A stretch of DNA of 30,268 nucleotides from a virus (IMGVR_UViG_3300049139_000062:1-30268), one strand, 5' to 3'. Positions 16,892 to 25,988 are shown, numbered from the stretch's first letter. A program made the numbers and translations. Notes: generated by a model not told the origin, from the sequence alone.

Positions 16892-17499
16892 CGCAGCACT
16901 TCCATGAGCGTGAATGGCCCAGCCGATGCAAAGGCATTGCTGACGGTCGGGTTGATCGGGAGTTGAGCCGGATTGTAATCCGCCTCATAGCGAACCCGGA
17001 TCAGGAAATCGCACGAGACGGTGACGGCCTGCCCAGCGGTCGGGATGTTGCCGCCTGTAAAGGTAACGACGCCTTCCAAAACGGTGTAGTGCGTGGTGAC
17101 AGTTTTTGTCACCCCCGCCACCTTCACGACGAGGCTGGAAACAATCGTGATCGGCCGGGCATAGGAACGGTCGGTGTCGGTGTAGGTTTTCTTGATCTGG
17201 AAAGCGGCGGTCGTGCCGTCGCCGGTCCCGATATTCTCATCGGTCAACGAATTGTCGAGAGGGTCGCGGAGCGGGAAGGCATTCGCGGCCCCGCGCCGGC
17301 CAAGCACATGCGCCTGGAAAGCGCGTATCTCCGCAATCGGCCGGTTCTTCAGTTCGACATCGTAGCGCCAAAGCGCCACCGTCCAATCCTGATTGCGGTC
17401 TTCATACCCTCCAGCCAACGGGATGACGGTCGTTTGAAAGACCGGCCCCATCTTCATCTCAAGGGCGAACTTGTCGTTGATGGCGACGGTATCGACCAT
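16888..17499 (-). CDS. DUF2460 distal tail protein
   Basis: GPVFQT...GYEDRNQDW...RRGAANAFPLRDPLD...GTGDG...FQIKKTY. Confidence 0.9.
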   Translation of the reverse strand: MVDTVAINDKFALEMKMGPVFQTTVIPLAGGYEDRNQDWTVALWRYDVELKNRPIAEIRAFQAHVLGRRGAANAFPLRDPLDNSLTDENIGTGDGTTAAFQIKKTYTDTDRSYARPITIVSSLVVKVAGVTKTVTTHYTVLEGVVTFTGGNIPTAGQAVTVSCDFLIRVRYEADYNPAQLPINPTVSNAFASAGPFTLMEVLR

Positions 17500-19346
17500 T
17501 ACGCCCTCGCCGTTTCGCGATTGAGTGTTTCAAGCATGATGCGGGCGTTCTGCCGTGATGTGCGTTCGTTCTCGCCCGGAGCGGCGTTGTAGATCAGTGT
17601 TATCGGGGCGCCTGATCCTGGAGGGGAAACCGTGACCTTCTCCCCGCCGTTCACGTCCATCATAAGCCGCGTCGTGTCTCCTGACTGATTGCCAGGAGCG
17701 ATGAACGAACCGCCTTCCGCGAATGCGCCCGCGTAGGAATAGTTTTTGAACTGCCCGAACTGGCTCGCGCCCGCGTCTTTCGGGCCTGTGCTGACCTTGT
17801 ATTGTTTGCGCTCGCCCCGGCCTTCCTGAATGCCGGACACGATGCCAGTCCGAACGCCGTCAGCGATGGAGTCGTAAATGATCTGGTAGCCGCGCTCGAG
17901 CAGATCGTTGACGCTGTCGAAGGTGTTGTCGAACGAACCACCCAACTCTTCGAAGTGGCGGCCGAGGCCGCTGTCCAGCCTATCGATGCGGTCGGACACT
18001 CCGTCAACGGACTCGGTGATTTCCTCGGTTCCGAATCGCGTAACACCGATGCCGGTTTCCCGGTCGCGGGTTCGGGTTCCAGTCCCGCCGGCCTTCGCCG
18101 AATTGCCGTTGATCGTCGGGAGGTTGGCCTGATTGAATTCCTTCAATGCAGCCATGGAGGCGTTTTCAGACGCTCGGAACGCCTGCGCGAATGCAGCCCT
18201 GATCTCATTGGCCGACGAGATTGACGCGGCCTCCAGAGAGGCTAATTCCTGCTTCATGGCGGACACATCATCCGCCAGCTTTTCGGCGTTCAGCAGATCC
18301 CATTCGGTCGCGTCGGAGTTGGTGATAAGCTCAACGATCTGCGCCTCGATGGCCGCGATGTCGGCCCTCATCTTTTCGGCGTCTTCCCCTGTCTTGATCG
18401 CCGCTTCGTCAAAGGTGCTGATATACCAACGGATGTTGTCTACAAGGCCGCCTTCCTCAATCTTTACCTGGAAGAGGTTCAGGAAATTGCCGAGGTTTGG
18501 GTTGTCCGCGAGCGCATCAATGGCGCTGTTGAGCCGCGCCAGCTCGTCCGTGAACGCCTTGGTGAAGCCGGTGCTCTGATCCAGTTTGCCGATCGTCTCG
18601 ACCAGCGTATTGCCGAGAAGCGTGATGCTCTCGCCAAGCGTGATGTTAGTCTCTTCGAAGGCTTTGTTGATGCTGCCCTGCGAGTTCAGGATCGCCTTGA
18701 ACACGCGCTCCGACGTGATAGCGCCCTCCTTGCCAAGCTCTTTCAAGCCGGCAATCGTGGTGTTGAATTCGTTGGCAATGGCATTCGCCAGGATCGGCGC
18801 GTTCTCACGGATGGACCGCAATTCATCGCCCTGAAGCACGCCAGAGCCAAGCGCCTGCGAAAGCTGTAGGATGCCCGCCGCCTGCTCGGAAGCCGCAGCA
18901 CCACCCGCCTTGAACGCCTTATTGACGATTTCGGTTGCTAGGGCGACCTCTTGCTCCGAATTGGCAACATCCTTCGTGGACCGCAGCAGTTTCGCATACA
19001 GATCGACCGTTTCACGGATGCCGGAGCGGGTAGCGGTCGCAATGTCGTTCAGCCCCTCAAGCGAACGCCCCTGCCTTTCGGCGACTTCACCGGCTGCCCT
19101 GATCTTATTGCCTGCTTCCGTCCATGCGTCGGCATAGGAGGCGATCTGGCGAGTTCCAAGCCCACCAACGGCGATAGTCGCAGCCGACCGCGCAAGGCTC
19201 GCAAACGAGCTTTCAACGCCCTTGACGCTCTTGGCCATCCGGCCGGACTCGCGGTCAACCGTCGTCGCGGCAGTCCGAAATCCGGATGAGAACTTGGCGA
19301 CATTCGTCGACAGGTCGATCGAGATGGAGCCGACGGTCGCGACCAT
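17499..19346 (-). CDS. tape measure protein
   Basis: VGSISIDL start; QLSQALGSGVLQGDELRSIREN; C-terminal FAEGG. Confidence 0.93.
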   Translation of the reverse strand: MVATVGSISIDLSTNVAKFSSGFRTAATTVDRESGRMAKSVKGVESSFASLARSAATIAVGGLGTRQIASYADAWTEAGNKIRAAGEVAERQGRSLEGLNDIATATRSGIRETVDLYAKLLRSTKDVANSEQEVALATEIVNKAFKAGGAAASEQAAGILQLSQALGSGVLQGDELRSIRENAPILANAIANEFNTTIAGLKELGKEGAITSERVFKAILNSQGSINKAFEETNITLGESITLLGNTLVETIGKLDQSTGFTKAFTDELARLNSAIDALADNPNLGNFLNLFQVKIEEGGLVDNIRWYISTFDEAAIKTGEDAEKMRADIAAIEAQIVELITNSDATEWDLLNAEKLADDVSAMKQELASLEAASISSANEIRAAFAQAFRASENASMAALKEFNQANLPTINGNSAKAGGTGTRTRDRETGIGVTRFGTEEITESVDGVSDRIDRLDSGLGRHFEELGGSFDNTFDSVNDLLERGYQIIYDSIADGVRTGIVSGIQEGRGERKQYKVSTGPKDAGASQFGQFKNYSYAGAFAEGGSFIAPGNQSGDTTRLMMDVNGGEKVTVSPPGSGAPITLIYNAAPGENERTSRQNARIMLETLNRETARA

Positions 19347-19672
19347 CAGTGTTTTTCCTTCGATGGGGGAAGCGCCGCTGTCAGGAACTTGAACATGGCG
19401 TACTGATCCCTGACGTTCTGCGGTTTCGGCGCAGCAGTTTTCTTCTTCGCCTTAGCAAAGATGGCTTCTTCGTTCTTGGGGAGGTGCTTATGGTTCATCC
19501 GCTGGTAAACAGCGGTGCGATAAGCAAGGCGGGAGAGGTTTTCTTGATTGGCGTTGTAAGCCTGGATGACAGCGAACGCCGTCGATCGCCAGAAATCAGG
19601 CTCAGTCATTCCGGCACGAAAGGCATGGAACCGGAGAAACCCGGTCAGGCTTTCGTGCCCCTCGTAGGGTTT
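19346..19672 (-). CDS. tail assembly chaperone, frameshifted C-terminal extension (gpT-like)
   Basis: -1 frame relative to the chaperone, entered at A_AAC_CCT (19672-19666); GMTEPDFWRST motif. Confidence 0.75.
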   Translation of the reverse strand, partial: KPYEGHESLTGFLRFHAFRAGMTEPDFWRSTAFAVIQAYNANQENLSRLAYRTAVYQRMNHKHLPKNEEAIFAKAKKKTAAPKPQNVRDQYAMFKFLTAALPPSKEKH

Positions 19673-20031
19673 CCGGTGGACGCCTCGGCTTTCTTCTGGT
19701 CGGCCTGCGCCTTCCATGCCTCGCTGTCCATGCCGTAGCGAAACAGCGTGAATGCATCGAGGCATTTCTTGCCGATCACATCGAGCGGCAGCTCGGCGGG
19801 ATAGTCGGGAACCGCCTTTACGACAGCACCAGAGCCATCCCTGAGCGAGACCGACAGGAAGGACCGGAGATACTTCGAGGAAAGCACGGCAAGCCCGATC
19901 TGGACTTTCTGAACGAAATCGAACTCGCCGTGCTCGGCCTCGAGCCGCGCCTGTCCGTCCATGTCTAGACGGATGGTGAAGCCTTCGCCGAATTCGCCGG
20001 CGTCAACTTCGCCGATGAATTTATTAGCCAT
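19645..20031 (-). CDS. tail assembly chaperone (gpG-like)
   Basis: Lies between tail tube and tape measure; TAATG-coupled; ends GNPTRGTKA. Confidence 0.8.
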   Translation of the reverse strand: MANKFIGEVDAGEFGEGFTIRLDMDGQARLEAEHGEFDFVQKVQIGLAVLSSKYLRSFLSVSLRDGSGAVVKAVPDYPAELPLDVIGKKCLDAFTLFRYGMDSEAWKAQADQKKAEASTGNPTRGTKA

Positions 20032-20492
20032 TAGCTGGCACCCCATGTCGGGGAAGATGAGACACGGATGTTTCCGGAAACGGTCACCATCCCCTCGCTG
20101 GCGTTGACGGACACGCCCACGAACACGCCGGAGAAGGATGCGACACCTTTGGCAGTCGGAGCGCCGCTGCCGCCGTTATCTGCGCCACTGAAATCAGCCT
20201 TGAAGTTGGCGGAATCGCCGTCGGTGATCCGCGCGATCATCCCGGTCGAGTCATCGTGCGTCGGGTTGTCCGGATCGAAGTGACCTTCGAACGGAACCGT
20301 GACGCTCTTGAACCCCTGCTTGTATTCCCTGAACCCGTCAGTGGACAGGAGATGTGTCGCGTCGACCTCGTCGGCCTGCATTTCCAGACCAAAGGTCGTA
20401 AGATTGCCGATCGAGGTGAATGCCTCGGGGGAAGCGCCGTCGCCCATTTTCAGGGTGGCGCCAATACCAGTAAAGCCAGTTGTGGCTACCAT
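20031..20492 (-). CDS. major tail tube protein
   Basis: GATLKMGDGASPEAFTSI...DATHL.STDGFREYKQG. Confidence 0.88.
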   Translation of the reverse strand: MVATTGFTGIGATLKMGDGASPEAFTSIGNLTTFGLEMQADEVDATHLLSTDGFREYKQGFKSVTVPFEGHFDPDNPTHDDSTGMIARITDGDSANFKADFSGADNGGSGAPTAKGVASFSGVFVGVSVNASEGMVTVSGNIRVSSSPTWGAS

Positions 20493-20562
20493 TGTAGGGC
20501 TCCATTATGGATTGGTCGCCTTGCCCAAGGGCAGAAAAGGCAATCCCCTGGGATTGGGGAAT

Positions 20563-20949
20563 TCAGCGCCAGCGGACGGAAAAGCCCATCACGCGGCGTT
20601 GTGTCGAGAGATCGTCGGCAAAGTCCGTGAAATCCGGCCCGTCCTTCTGGAACGATGCCTTAAGGGAACCCGACGTGTAGAGCAGATCGCGCAGCGCCAC
20701 CTTGACGGCTTCGCCGAGCGCGTTCGCATCCTTGGCTTTCACCGCCACGCAATGAACCTGAACCACCGCCTGCGGATATTGCGATGCACCCTGCAGAAGG
20801 TATTCCTCGTCCTCTGACGTCATCGCGACCGCGATCGCCGGCAGTTGCGTCGATGGCGGCAGCGGGAACGGATAAACGCGAGTGCTGGTGATCACCGTCA
20901 CGCCCGACTGTGCAAGCAACGCCTTGATCGTCAGATTAACGGCGCTCAT
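20563..20949 (-). CDS. tail terminator / completion protein (DUF3168-like)
   Basis: RVYP..LP....LPAI, VQVHC; position in the operon. Confidence 0.8.
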   Translation of the reverse strand: MSAVNLTIKALLAQSGVTVITSTRVYPFPLPPSTQLPAIAVAMTSEDEEYLLQGASQYPQAVVQVHCVAVKAKDANALGEAVKVALRDLLYTSGSLKASFQKDGPDFTDFADDLSTQRRVMGFSVRWR

Positions 20950-21299
20950 TCAACAAGCCTCGCATGGATTTTCAGCCACTGCCGACGGCCGATCTCGCGC
21001 GGGCGGCCGATGATCTCGTAATTTTCGCCCTCGTAGACGACGCGATGCTCGGCGCTGACGTCGCTGCGCCAGCGGATCGTGAAATACAGACCCATCTCGG
21101 CATATTCGCGGGATGCCGCCTCGCCTTCGTCCGACTTGTGGAACTGCATCCACGCCCAGACCGTGGCATATGTCGCCCAGGTCTGGATTTCCTCGTTATT
21201 GTCGGGATCGTTGGTGATCGTTGCCGATTGCAACTCAATGCGCCGGTCGAGTTTCCCAGCCCCGAATTTTCGCTGGTCAAATCTTGTGACTCCGAGCAT
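20946..21299 (-). CDS. head closure protein (SPP1 gp16-like)
   Basis: GKLDRRIELQ...W..YATVWA...FTIRWRSDV...RVVYEG..YEI. Confidence 0.9.
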   Translation of the reverse strand: MLGVTRFDQRKFGAGKLDRRIELQSATITNDPDNNEEIQTWATYATVWAWMQFHKSDEGEAASREYAEMGLYFTIRWRSDVSAEHRVVYEGENYEIIGRPREIGRRQWLKIHARLVE

Positions 21300-21302
21300 C
21301 CG

Positions 21303-21785
21303 TCATTTTCCCTTTGCCCGAAGCCGCGCCGCGCGCTTTTCCATCTCCGGGCCGATCTTCGCGCCGAACCGCTTCACGACCTGATCCCGCGTGGCGAAAT
21401 AGGCCGGCGTCATGAATGGCCGCGGCCGCGTTCCCGGATGCATCACGCCGCGTTTCGGCTGGTAGTGCGGCGCCGTGCCGAACTCGACGAGGTGAGCGTA
21501 TTTGACCGGGCGCCGGAACCCGTATTTCGTCCACCTTTCGACCGAAGCATCCGGGCCGACCTGGTGGACCGGAGCCAGTTTCGACGAGCGCGCCTTGCGC
21601 TTGATCACCAGGGAATTCGCCAGTGTCCCGGTGTCTTCGGTAATTGGCAGCGCAAGCACATTCGCCTTTGCCCGCTTGAGCGTCGGCTGCAGCGCAAAGC
21701 GTGAGGTGGCATTGAGAGGCACTGAAACCTGACGAGCCAATTCGCGCAGCGCGCGCGCCACCTCTCGATTGCCTTTGACCGCCAT
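21303..21785 (-). CDS. HK97 gp10-like tail component
   Basis: DTGTLANS, YAHLVEFGT, PRPFMTPA. Confidence 0.9.
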   Translation of the reverse strand: MAVKGNREVARALRELARQVSVPLNATSRFALQPTLKRAKANVLALPITEDTGTLANSLVIKRKARSSKLAPVHQVGPDASVERWTKYGFRRPVKYAHLVEFGTAPHYQPKRGVMHPGTRPRPFMTPAYFATRDQVVKRFGAKIGPEMEKRAARLRAKGK

Positions 21786-22132
21786 CAGATGCGCTCCGCC
21801 ACCTTCACCAGATCGACGCCCATTGCCTTGGCGAACCGCTGCAATGCTTTCACAGCATCTTCCTCGAGATCGTGGATGTGGTTTGCCTTCCTGTCGCAGG
21901 CCACGTCATGCAGCGTCGGCGAGAAGCGCAGGCCGAGCCAAAAACTGATCAGACTGTGGGCAAGATCATGGCTGCGGTTCATTTCCTCGACTGTCATGCC
22001 GAGCGCGGCCGCCGTTTCGGCCTGTCCGTCCTGCTCATGATGGTCCGCGACCAGATAGCGCCCGTCGCCGAACGCCGTTAGCGTGCGTCCGTCCTCGATG
22101 GCGACAGTCACGTCCCCCAGCCTGGCGCGCAT
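21785..22132 (-). CDS. hypothetical protein
   Basis: TGATG-coupled start MRARLGD; HDLAH motif. Confidence 0.7.
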   Translation of the reverse strand: MRARLGDVTVAIEDGRTLTAFGDGRYLVADHHEQDGQAETAAALGMTVEEMNRSHDLAHSLISFWLGLRFSPTLHDVACDRKANHIHDLEEDAVKALQRFAKAMGVDLVKVAERI

Positions 22133-22749
22133 CAGATCCAGTGCTCCTTGATCCAAGCGACGTGCGGCAGTTGGTGCGGTTTCTCTTGGCCGTGGAAGTA
22201 GCAAATACGGGCATCCCCGATGCCGCTCTTCTTCACATGGCCCTTGTAGGAGATGACCTGGCCGGGGAAGAGATCATCGATGTAGCGATGCGGGAACTTC
22301 CGCACCCATTCCATGTCGTTCTCGCCTTTGTGCTGAGTGGCCACCCTGCGATGGCCGATCGGCACCAGCGCCACGCCGTTGCATGCCCGCCGGGGCGCAT
22401 AAGGGTCGCGCGGCAGGGCGAAGCGGTCGGCCGTCAGGCAATAGTCGGCCAGGTGGTCGATGTTGCCCGTCACGATCGTGTCGAGCCCCACCAAGATCAT
22501 CGGCACCCCGAGCCGGTATGGCTCAATGCAGGTCGCGTAACTCGGCTTGGGATCGCGCAGCGCGTGCTGTTCGATATCTGGCTCGGCGAAGGTGTAGAGC
22601 CGATCGACGAAGCAGACGAAGCGGAACGGCAGCGTCAGGTTGCGCCGGAACCCGCGATAGAGCTTTTCGACCCATGCCTCCGAATAGCAACGCGAGAAGT
22701 CCCGAGACGCGGCGTTCGGCTGCCAGAAGAGCGTGGCGACGGTCAGCAA
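22132..22749 (-). CDS. glycosyltransferase-like protein (GT-A, GT8-like)
   Basis: WVEKLY....RNL..PFRFVCF.D; GLDTIVTGNID; C-terminal YFHGQEKPH (HxxGxxKP-like). Probable TTG start at 22749. Confidence 0.7.
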   Translation of the reverse strand: MLTVATLFWQPNAASRDFSRCYSEAWVEKLYRGFRRNLTLPFRFVCFVDRLYTFAEPDIEQHALRDPKPSYATCIEPYRLGVPMILVGLDTIVTGNIDHLADYCLTADRFALPRDPYAPRRACNGVALVPIGHRRVATQHKGENDMEWVRKFPHRYIDDLFPGQVISYKGHVKKSGIGDARICYFHGQEKPHQLPHVAWIKEHWI

Positions 22750-23255
22750 TGAGCCCACCGCATCCGCTTCGCGTTCCTGTTCACCGGAACGGGCGCCAGC
22801 CAGCCATTGCGCCGCCACAGGAAGCCGTCAGGGACATTCCGGTCCACAACTGCCCCGGCGGCGACAATCGCGCCCACACCTATGCGCACGCCTGGCAGAA
22901 CAACCGCCAAAGCCCCTATTGTCGCCCCGTCTCCGACAATCACCGCGAAATGCTCGCCGCTGCGGAGTTTCTCGTCGTCGTAGCCGTCCTTTGTCGACGA
23001 AGGCCACATATCGTTGGCGAGACAGCAGTTCGGGCCGAGGAACACGTCGTTGCCGACAGCGAACCCTGCCCCTGCCCTCACGCCGCCACTGACCACAACG
23101 CGGTCGCCATAGACCGAGCCGTCCAGCATCGCGCCAGGCGAGACCGAACAATCCCGGCCCATCACCGTGCCGCGCGTCACGCTGGCGAACTGCCAGATGC
23201 GCGTTCCCGGCCCCAGCACCACGTCAGGGTCGACGTGCGCGAGATGGTGGATCAC
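22743..23255 (-). CDS. hexapeptide-repeat (left-handed beta-helix) acetyltransferase, sugar N-acetyltransferase-like
   Basis: IHHLAHVD....G.GTRIWQFASV; VGNDVFLGPN..LAND.WP; IGALAVVLPGVRIG.GAIVAAGAVVDRNVP. Confidence 0.88.
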   Translation of the reverse strand: MIHHLAHVDPDVVLGPGTRIWQFASVTRGTVMGRDCSVSPGAMLDGSVYGDRVVVSGGVRAGAGFAVGNDVFLGPNCCLANDMWPSSTKDGYDDEKLRSGEHFAVIVGDGATIGALAVVLPGVRIGVGAIVAAGAVVDRNVPDGFLWRRNGWLAPVPVNRNAKRMRWAHC

Positions 23256-23821
23256 CGGAATATCCGCCTGTTGCCGGCCATCCGGCGCAGCAGATCGTCG
23301 CTCATCGGCTCGTCGCGGTCATGAAGCCAGCCGACCATCGCCGTGATGACGCCTTGGTCCTGCTCCACCGGATCCAGTTCCGGGTCGTCGCTCGAACCGC
23401 TCACCCCCGGTTCGTCGTAGCCAGCCACGAAGCGTAAGCGCACTGGATTGGGCCGGTCTGACAGCGCAGGCGACGAGAAAGCGTCGGTGTAGCCAATTTC
23501 AACGCCTTCGTCTGTGTCCGCTCGGTACCAATCGGCAGCGTCGAGCACCTGCTCAACGTGGTCCACGTCGAGATAGGCAACTTCGGTGATCTCGCGGATC
23601 GGCCAGGTTGGAATGATCTGCGGATAATACCAACCGCTCGTGCGCCATTCTAACTCGGTCGGCAGCATGATCCGGCCGGTGAAATCCTCGTAGCGCGTTG
23701 TTTCCGAGCGGATGAGGCGGGTCAGCTTGTTGTCATCGGCGCTCGTCGAGACACGCAGAGCCTCTTTCACGTCAGCCAGAGGCACGGCGAGGCCGGAAGG
23801 CGTCGAGAGCCTAATCAACAT
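23252..23821 (-). CDS. head-tail connector protein (gp6-like)
   Basis: VPLADVKEALRV...DD..LTRLI...E.FTGR..., VRLRFVAGY. Confidence 0.88.
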   Translation of the reverse strand: MLIRLSTPSGLAVPLADVKEALRVSTSADDNKLTRLIRSETTRYEDFTGRIMLPTELEWRTSGWYYPQIIPTWPIREITEVAYLDVDHVEQVLDAADWYRADTDEGVEIGYTDAFSSPALSDRPNPVRLRFVAGYDEPGVSGSSDDPELDPVEQDQGVITAMVGWLHDRDEPMSDDLLRRMAGNRRIFR

Positions 23822-24443
23822 CCATCGCCTCCTGCAGGCTCATTTTCGGATAGTTCTGCAGCGCCGAGATCGGGCTGACGTTGATCACTTTGATACCGAG
23901 AGCGGCGATAACCTCGGCCGCCGCGTCGACGCAGCGGCGCCAGCGATCGACATTCCGGTCGCTGGGATTGTTCAATCCGCTCGGATGCCGACCATGCCAG
24001 TGAAGTCCATGCGCCAGCGTCATGTCGAACCCGACGAGGATGATTTTCACCGGCATCATCTGCACCGCAAGATTTAGGCAGTGGAAGCCGCTATTACCCG
24101 CCCAGCCGACCGTCCCGAACTTCATCAGTTCGAGCCGGTCGTCGTTCTTGTTGATGCCGACCCGCTGAATGCCCCACGGACGTTCTGTGCATTTCCGGTC
24201 GACGGACAGCTTCAGGCCGGCAAACTCCGGGACGCCCGCATATTGCTGCCACCAGGCGAAATCACAGGCATAGAGCGCGTCAGCCCAGGGAGCGAGCTGC
24301 CACGAATTGTTGATGACGATTACTCGAGCTCTGCCTTTGACTTGCCCGAGATCAGCTTCTTTGGCGCTCGGCCCCCCAGCGACGATGACAATATTCTCTT
24401 GTCTCCAGTCCGGCCACCATCCGGGGACGCCTTGGAAGGGTTT
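23811..24443 (-). CDS. Maf/CstII-like (DUF115-type) glycosyltransferase-like domain, probably translated via -1 frameshift
   Basis: IVIVAGGPS, VIVINNSW...ADALYACD, NSGFHCLNLA, KIILVGFDM, VINVS. There is no in-frame ATG/GTG/TTG between 24617 and the domain. Confidence 0.7.
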   Translation of the reverse strand, partial: KPFQGVPGWWPDWRQENIVIVAGGPSAKEADLGQVKGRARVIVINNSWQLAPWADALYACDFAWWQQYAGVPEFAGLKLSVDRKCTERPWGIQRVGINKNDDRLELMKFGTVGWAGNSGFHCLNLAVQMMPVKIILVGFDMTLAHGLHWHGRHPSGLNNPSDRNVDRWRRCVDAAAEVIAALGIKVINVSPISALQNYPKMSLQEAMDVD

Positions 24444-24604
24444 ACGCCTGCCTTCTTGGCGGCCTCCTTGTCGCCGGACTGCACCGGGACGAACAGACCG
24501 CGCTTTACAAGCTGCTGCGCCTTGCCGTCGGCGATGTCGACGAACAGACCGCGCCGCACGCTGCCATAGTCGCCGTGCGCTCCTCTTACCGCCTTGATTT
24601 TCAT
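24320..24604 (-). CDS. small basic protein immediately after the capsid gene (head-associated candidate)
   Basis: GGAGA RBS before MKIKAVRG...; Lys-rich tail; overlaps the next ORF by more than 100 nt. Confidence 0.75.
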   Translation of the reverse strand: MKIKAVRGAHGDYGSVRRGLFVDIADGKAQQLVKRGLFVPVQSGDKEAAKKAGVNPSKASPDGGRTGDKRILSSSLGGRAPKKLISGKSKAELE

Positions 24605-24628
24605 GGGTGCTCTCCATCGGTTCATCGA

Positions 24629-24650
24629 ACGGGCGACCGAAGCCGCCCGT
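24629..24650 (-). other. cUUCGg tetraloop hairpin after the capsid gene
   Basis: ACGGGCGGC-TTCG-GTCGCCCGT, without a strong U tract. Confidence 0.6.
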
Positions 24651-24665
24651 CTGGAGGAGCCGATC

Positions 24666-25988
24666 TCAGCCAGAAACGTTGCCGAAGTCGCCGGTCACGA
24701 GAGCGCCGGGGCGCTTCACGGCCAGGGCGAGACGCTTTTCAGCGCGCACCGTCAGCATGTTCTTGATGAAGTTGTCGCGATCTTCCGAGGAGATCAGGAC
24801 TTCCGCATCCATGCGGTCATAGATGGTCGCGGCCATGCGGAAGGCGCCGACGAGGAATTCGTCTTCGTCCATCGCCTGCGTTTCGAGCAGCGGCCGGCCC
24901 CACAGGCCCGGAGCGTTGGTGCCGCGCGGATTTGCCCAAAGATAGCGGTTCTCGCCATCCTTGAGCAGTTCGATGCGGGTCCAGTCGCTCGGATGAAGGA
25001 CGATGCCGTCGGCCGGATATTCCGCAAGCGAAGCCTGCAGAATCGCCAGCCGCAGCACGTCGATCATCGTCTCGCCGGTCATGGCGATCGGCGCGGAATA
25101 CGCCGTCGCGGCCGGGACAAGACCTTCCAGGTGCTCGCCGGTGCCGTCGCCCTTCAGGACTTCGAGCTCTTCCGCATAGTCGAGACCGTAACGGAGTTCG
25201 CCGTCGATTTCCGTCTGGAGCTGGGCCGCATCGTCCATCGCCTGACGGGACACATGCACCCAATGCGCGATCGTGCGCACCGGAGCGTCTGCGCGCTCGT
25301 AGGTGTAGTTCGATTCTGGCTTCTGCGCGCCCTCGGAAACAACCGCCGCATTATTGGTGCGGGCGAGCTGCCTGACGTACTCGATCAGATTCGAGGTCGT
25401 GCGACCGGCAGGGATCAGGTTGCGAATCGTCATCTGCCGGCGCGGTAGCCCGACGATCTCCCGCTCCTGCTGGGTCCAGATCAGGCTGCCGGCCGAGCCG
25501 TCGACAGAGGTGATGGCCTGGTTGACGCTGATGCGCAGCGTACCGCGGGCACCGGCCTTGGCGAACGCTTTCAGTTCGTCAGTTTCGGTGACCTGGGCGC
25601 CGAACGATTTCACCTCCTTGTCGCCGCCGCTGCGCCGCGAAGCCAGCTTTTGCTCCAGATCCTGGTTGCGCGTTTCAAGCGCCTCCAGTTTCTCCGTGAG
25701 CTTCTGCTGCGCATCGGAAAGCTTGGTCTGAGTGGCGAGGAGTTCGTCGGCCTTGGCCTTCACCTCGTCGGTGGCCTTGCCCGTATCCTTCGACTGCTGA
25801 AGCGCCTGCTCGGCGGTCTTCTTCACGTCGTCACTGATGCGGGTGAGTTCGGACTTCACGTCCTTCAGAAGAGCCTCGATCTTGCCATGGTCGACGCCGC
25901 TTTCGTTGCGCACCGCACCGATTACGGCAGACGGACGCGCAGCCATCAGGGCCGCCAGCGATACTGACGGCTTGAAGTGCTTGGTCAT
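24666..25988 (-). CDS. HK97-fold major capsid protein
   Basis: Coiled-coil delta domain, EGAQKPES, TIAHW, VLKGDGTG, F.KNMLTVRAEKRLAL. Confidence 0.96.
   Translation of the reverse strand: MTKHFKPSVSLAALMAARPSAVIGAVRNESGVDHGKIEALLKDVKSELTRISDDVKKTAEQALQQSKDTGKATDEVKAKADELLATQTKLSDAQQKLTEKLEALETRNQDLEQKLASRRSGGDKEVKSFGAQVTETDELKAFAKAGARGTLRISVNQAITSVDGSAGSLIWTQQEREIVGLPRRQMTIRNLIPAGRTTSNLIEYVRQLARTNNAAVVSEGAQKPESNYTYERADAPVRTIAHWVHVSRQAMDDAAQLQTEIDGELRYGLDYAEELEVLKGDGTGEHLEGLVPAATAYSAPIAMTGETMIDVLRLAILQASLAEYPADGIVLHPSDWTRIELLKDGENRYLWANPRGTNAPGLWGRPLLETQAMDEDEFLVGAFRMAATIYDRMDAEVLISSEDRDNFIKNMLTVRAEKRLALAVKRPGALVTGDFGNVSG

Noticed and set aside
12551-17499. Gene transfer agent cluster
   Set aside because: The tail tip is GTA-like, but the integrase, attP, lysis cassette, morons and longer tape measure indicate a genuine temperate phage.
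20519-20563. Short inverted repeats upstream of the tail tube gene
   Set aside because: Imperfect and without a U tract; no function can be supported.
24444-24617. N-terminal 58 aa of the 23811..24617 ORF
   Set aside because: Arg-rich shadow translation overlapping the better-supported 24320..24604 gene; its ATG lies on that gene's RBS.
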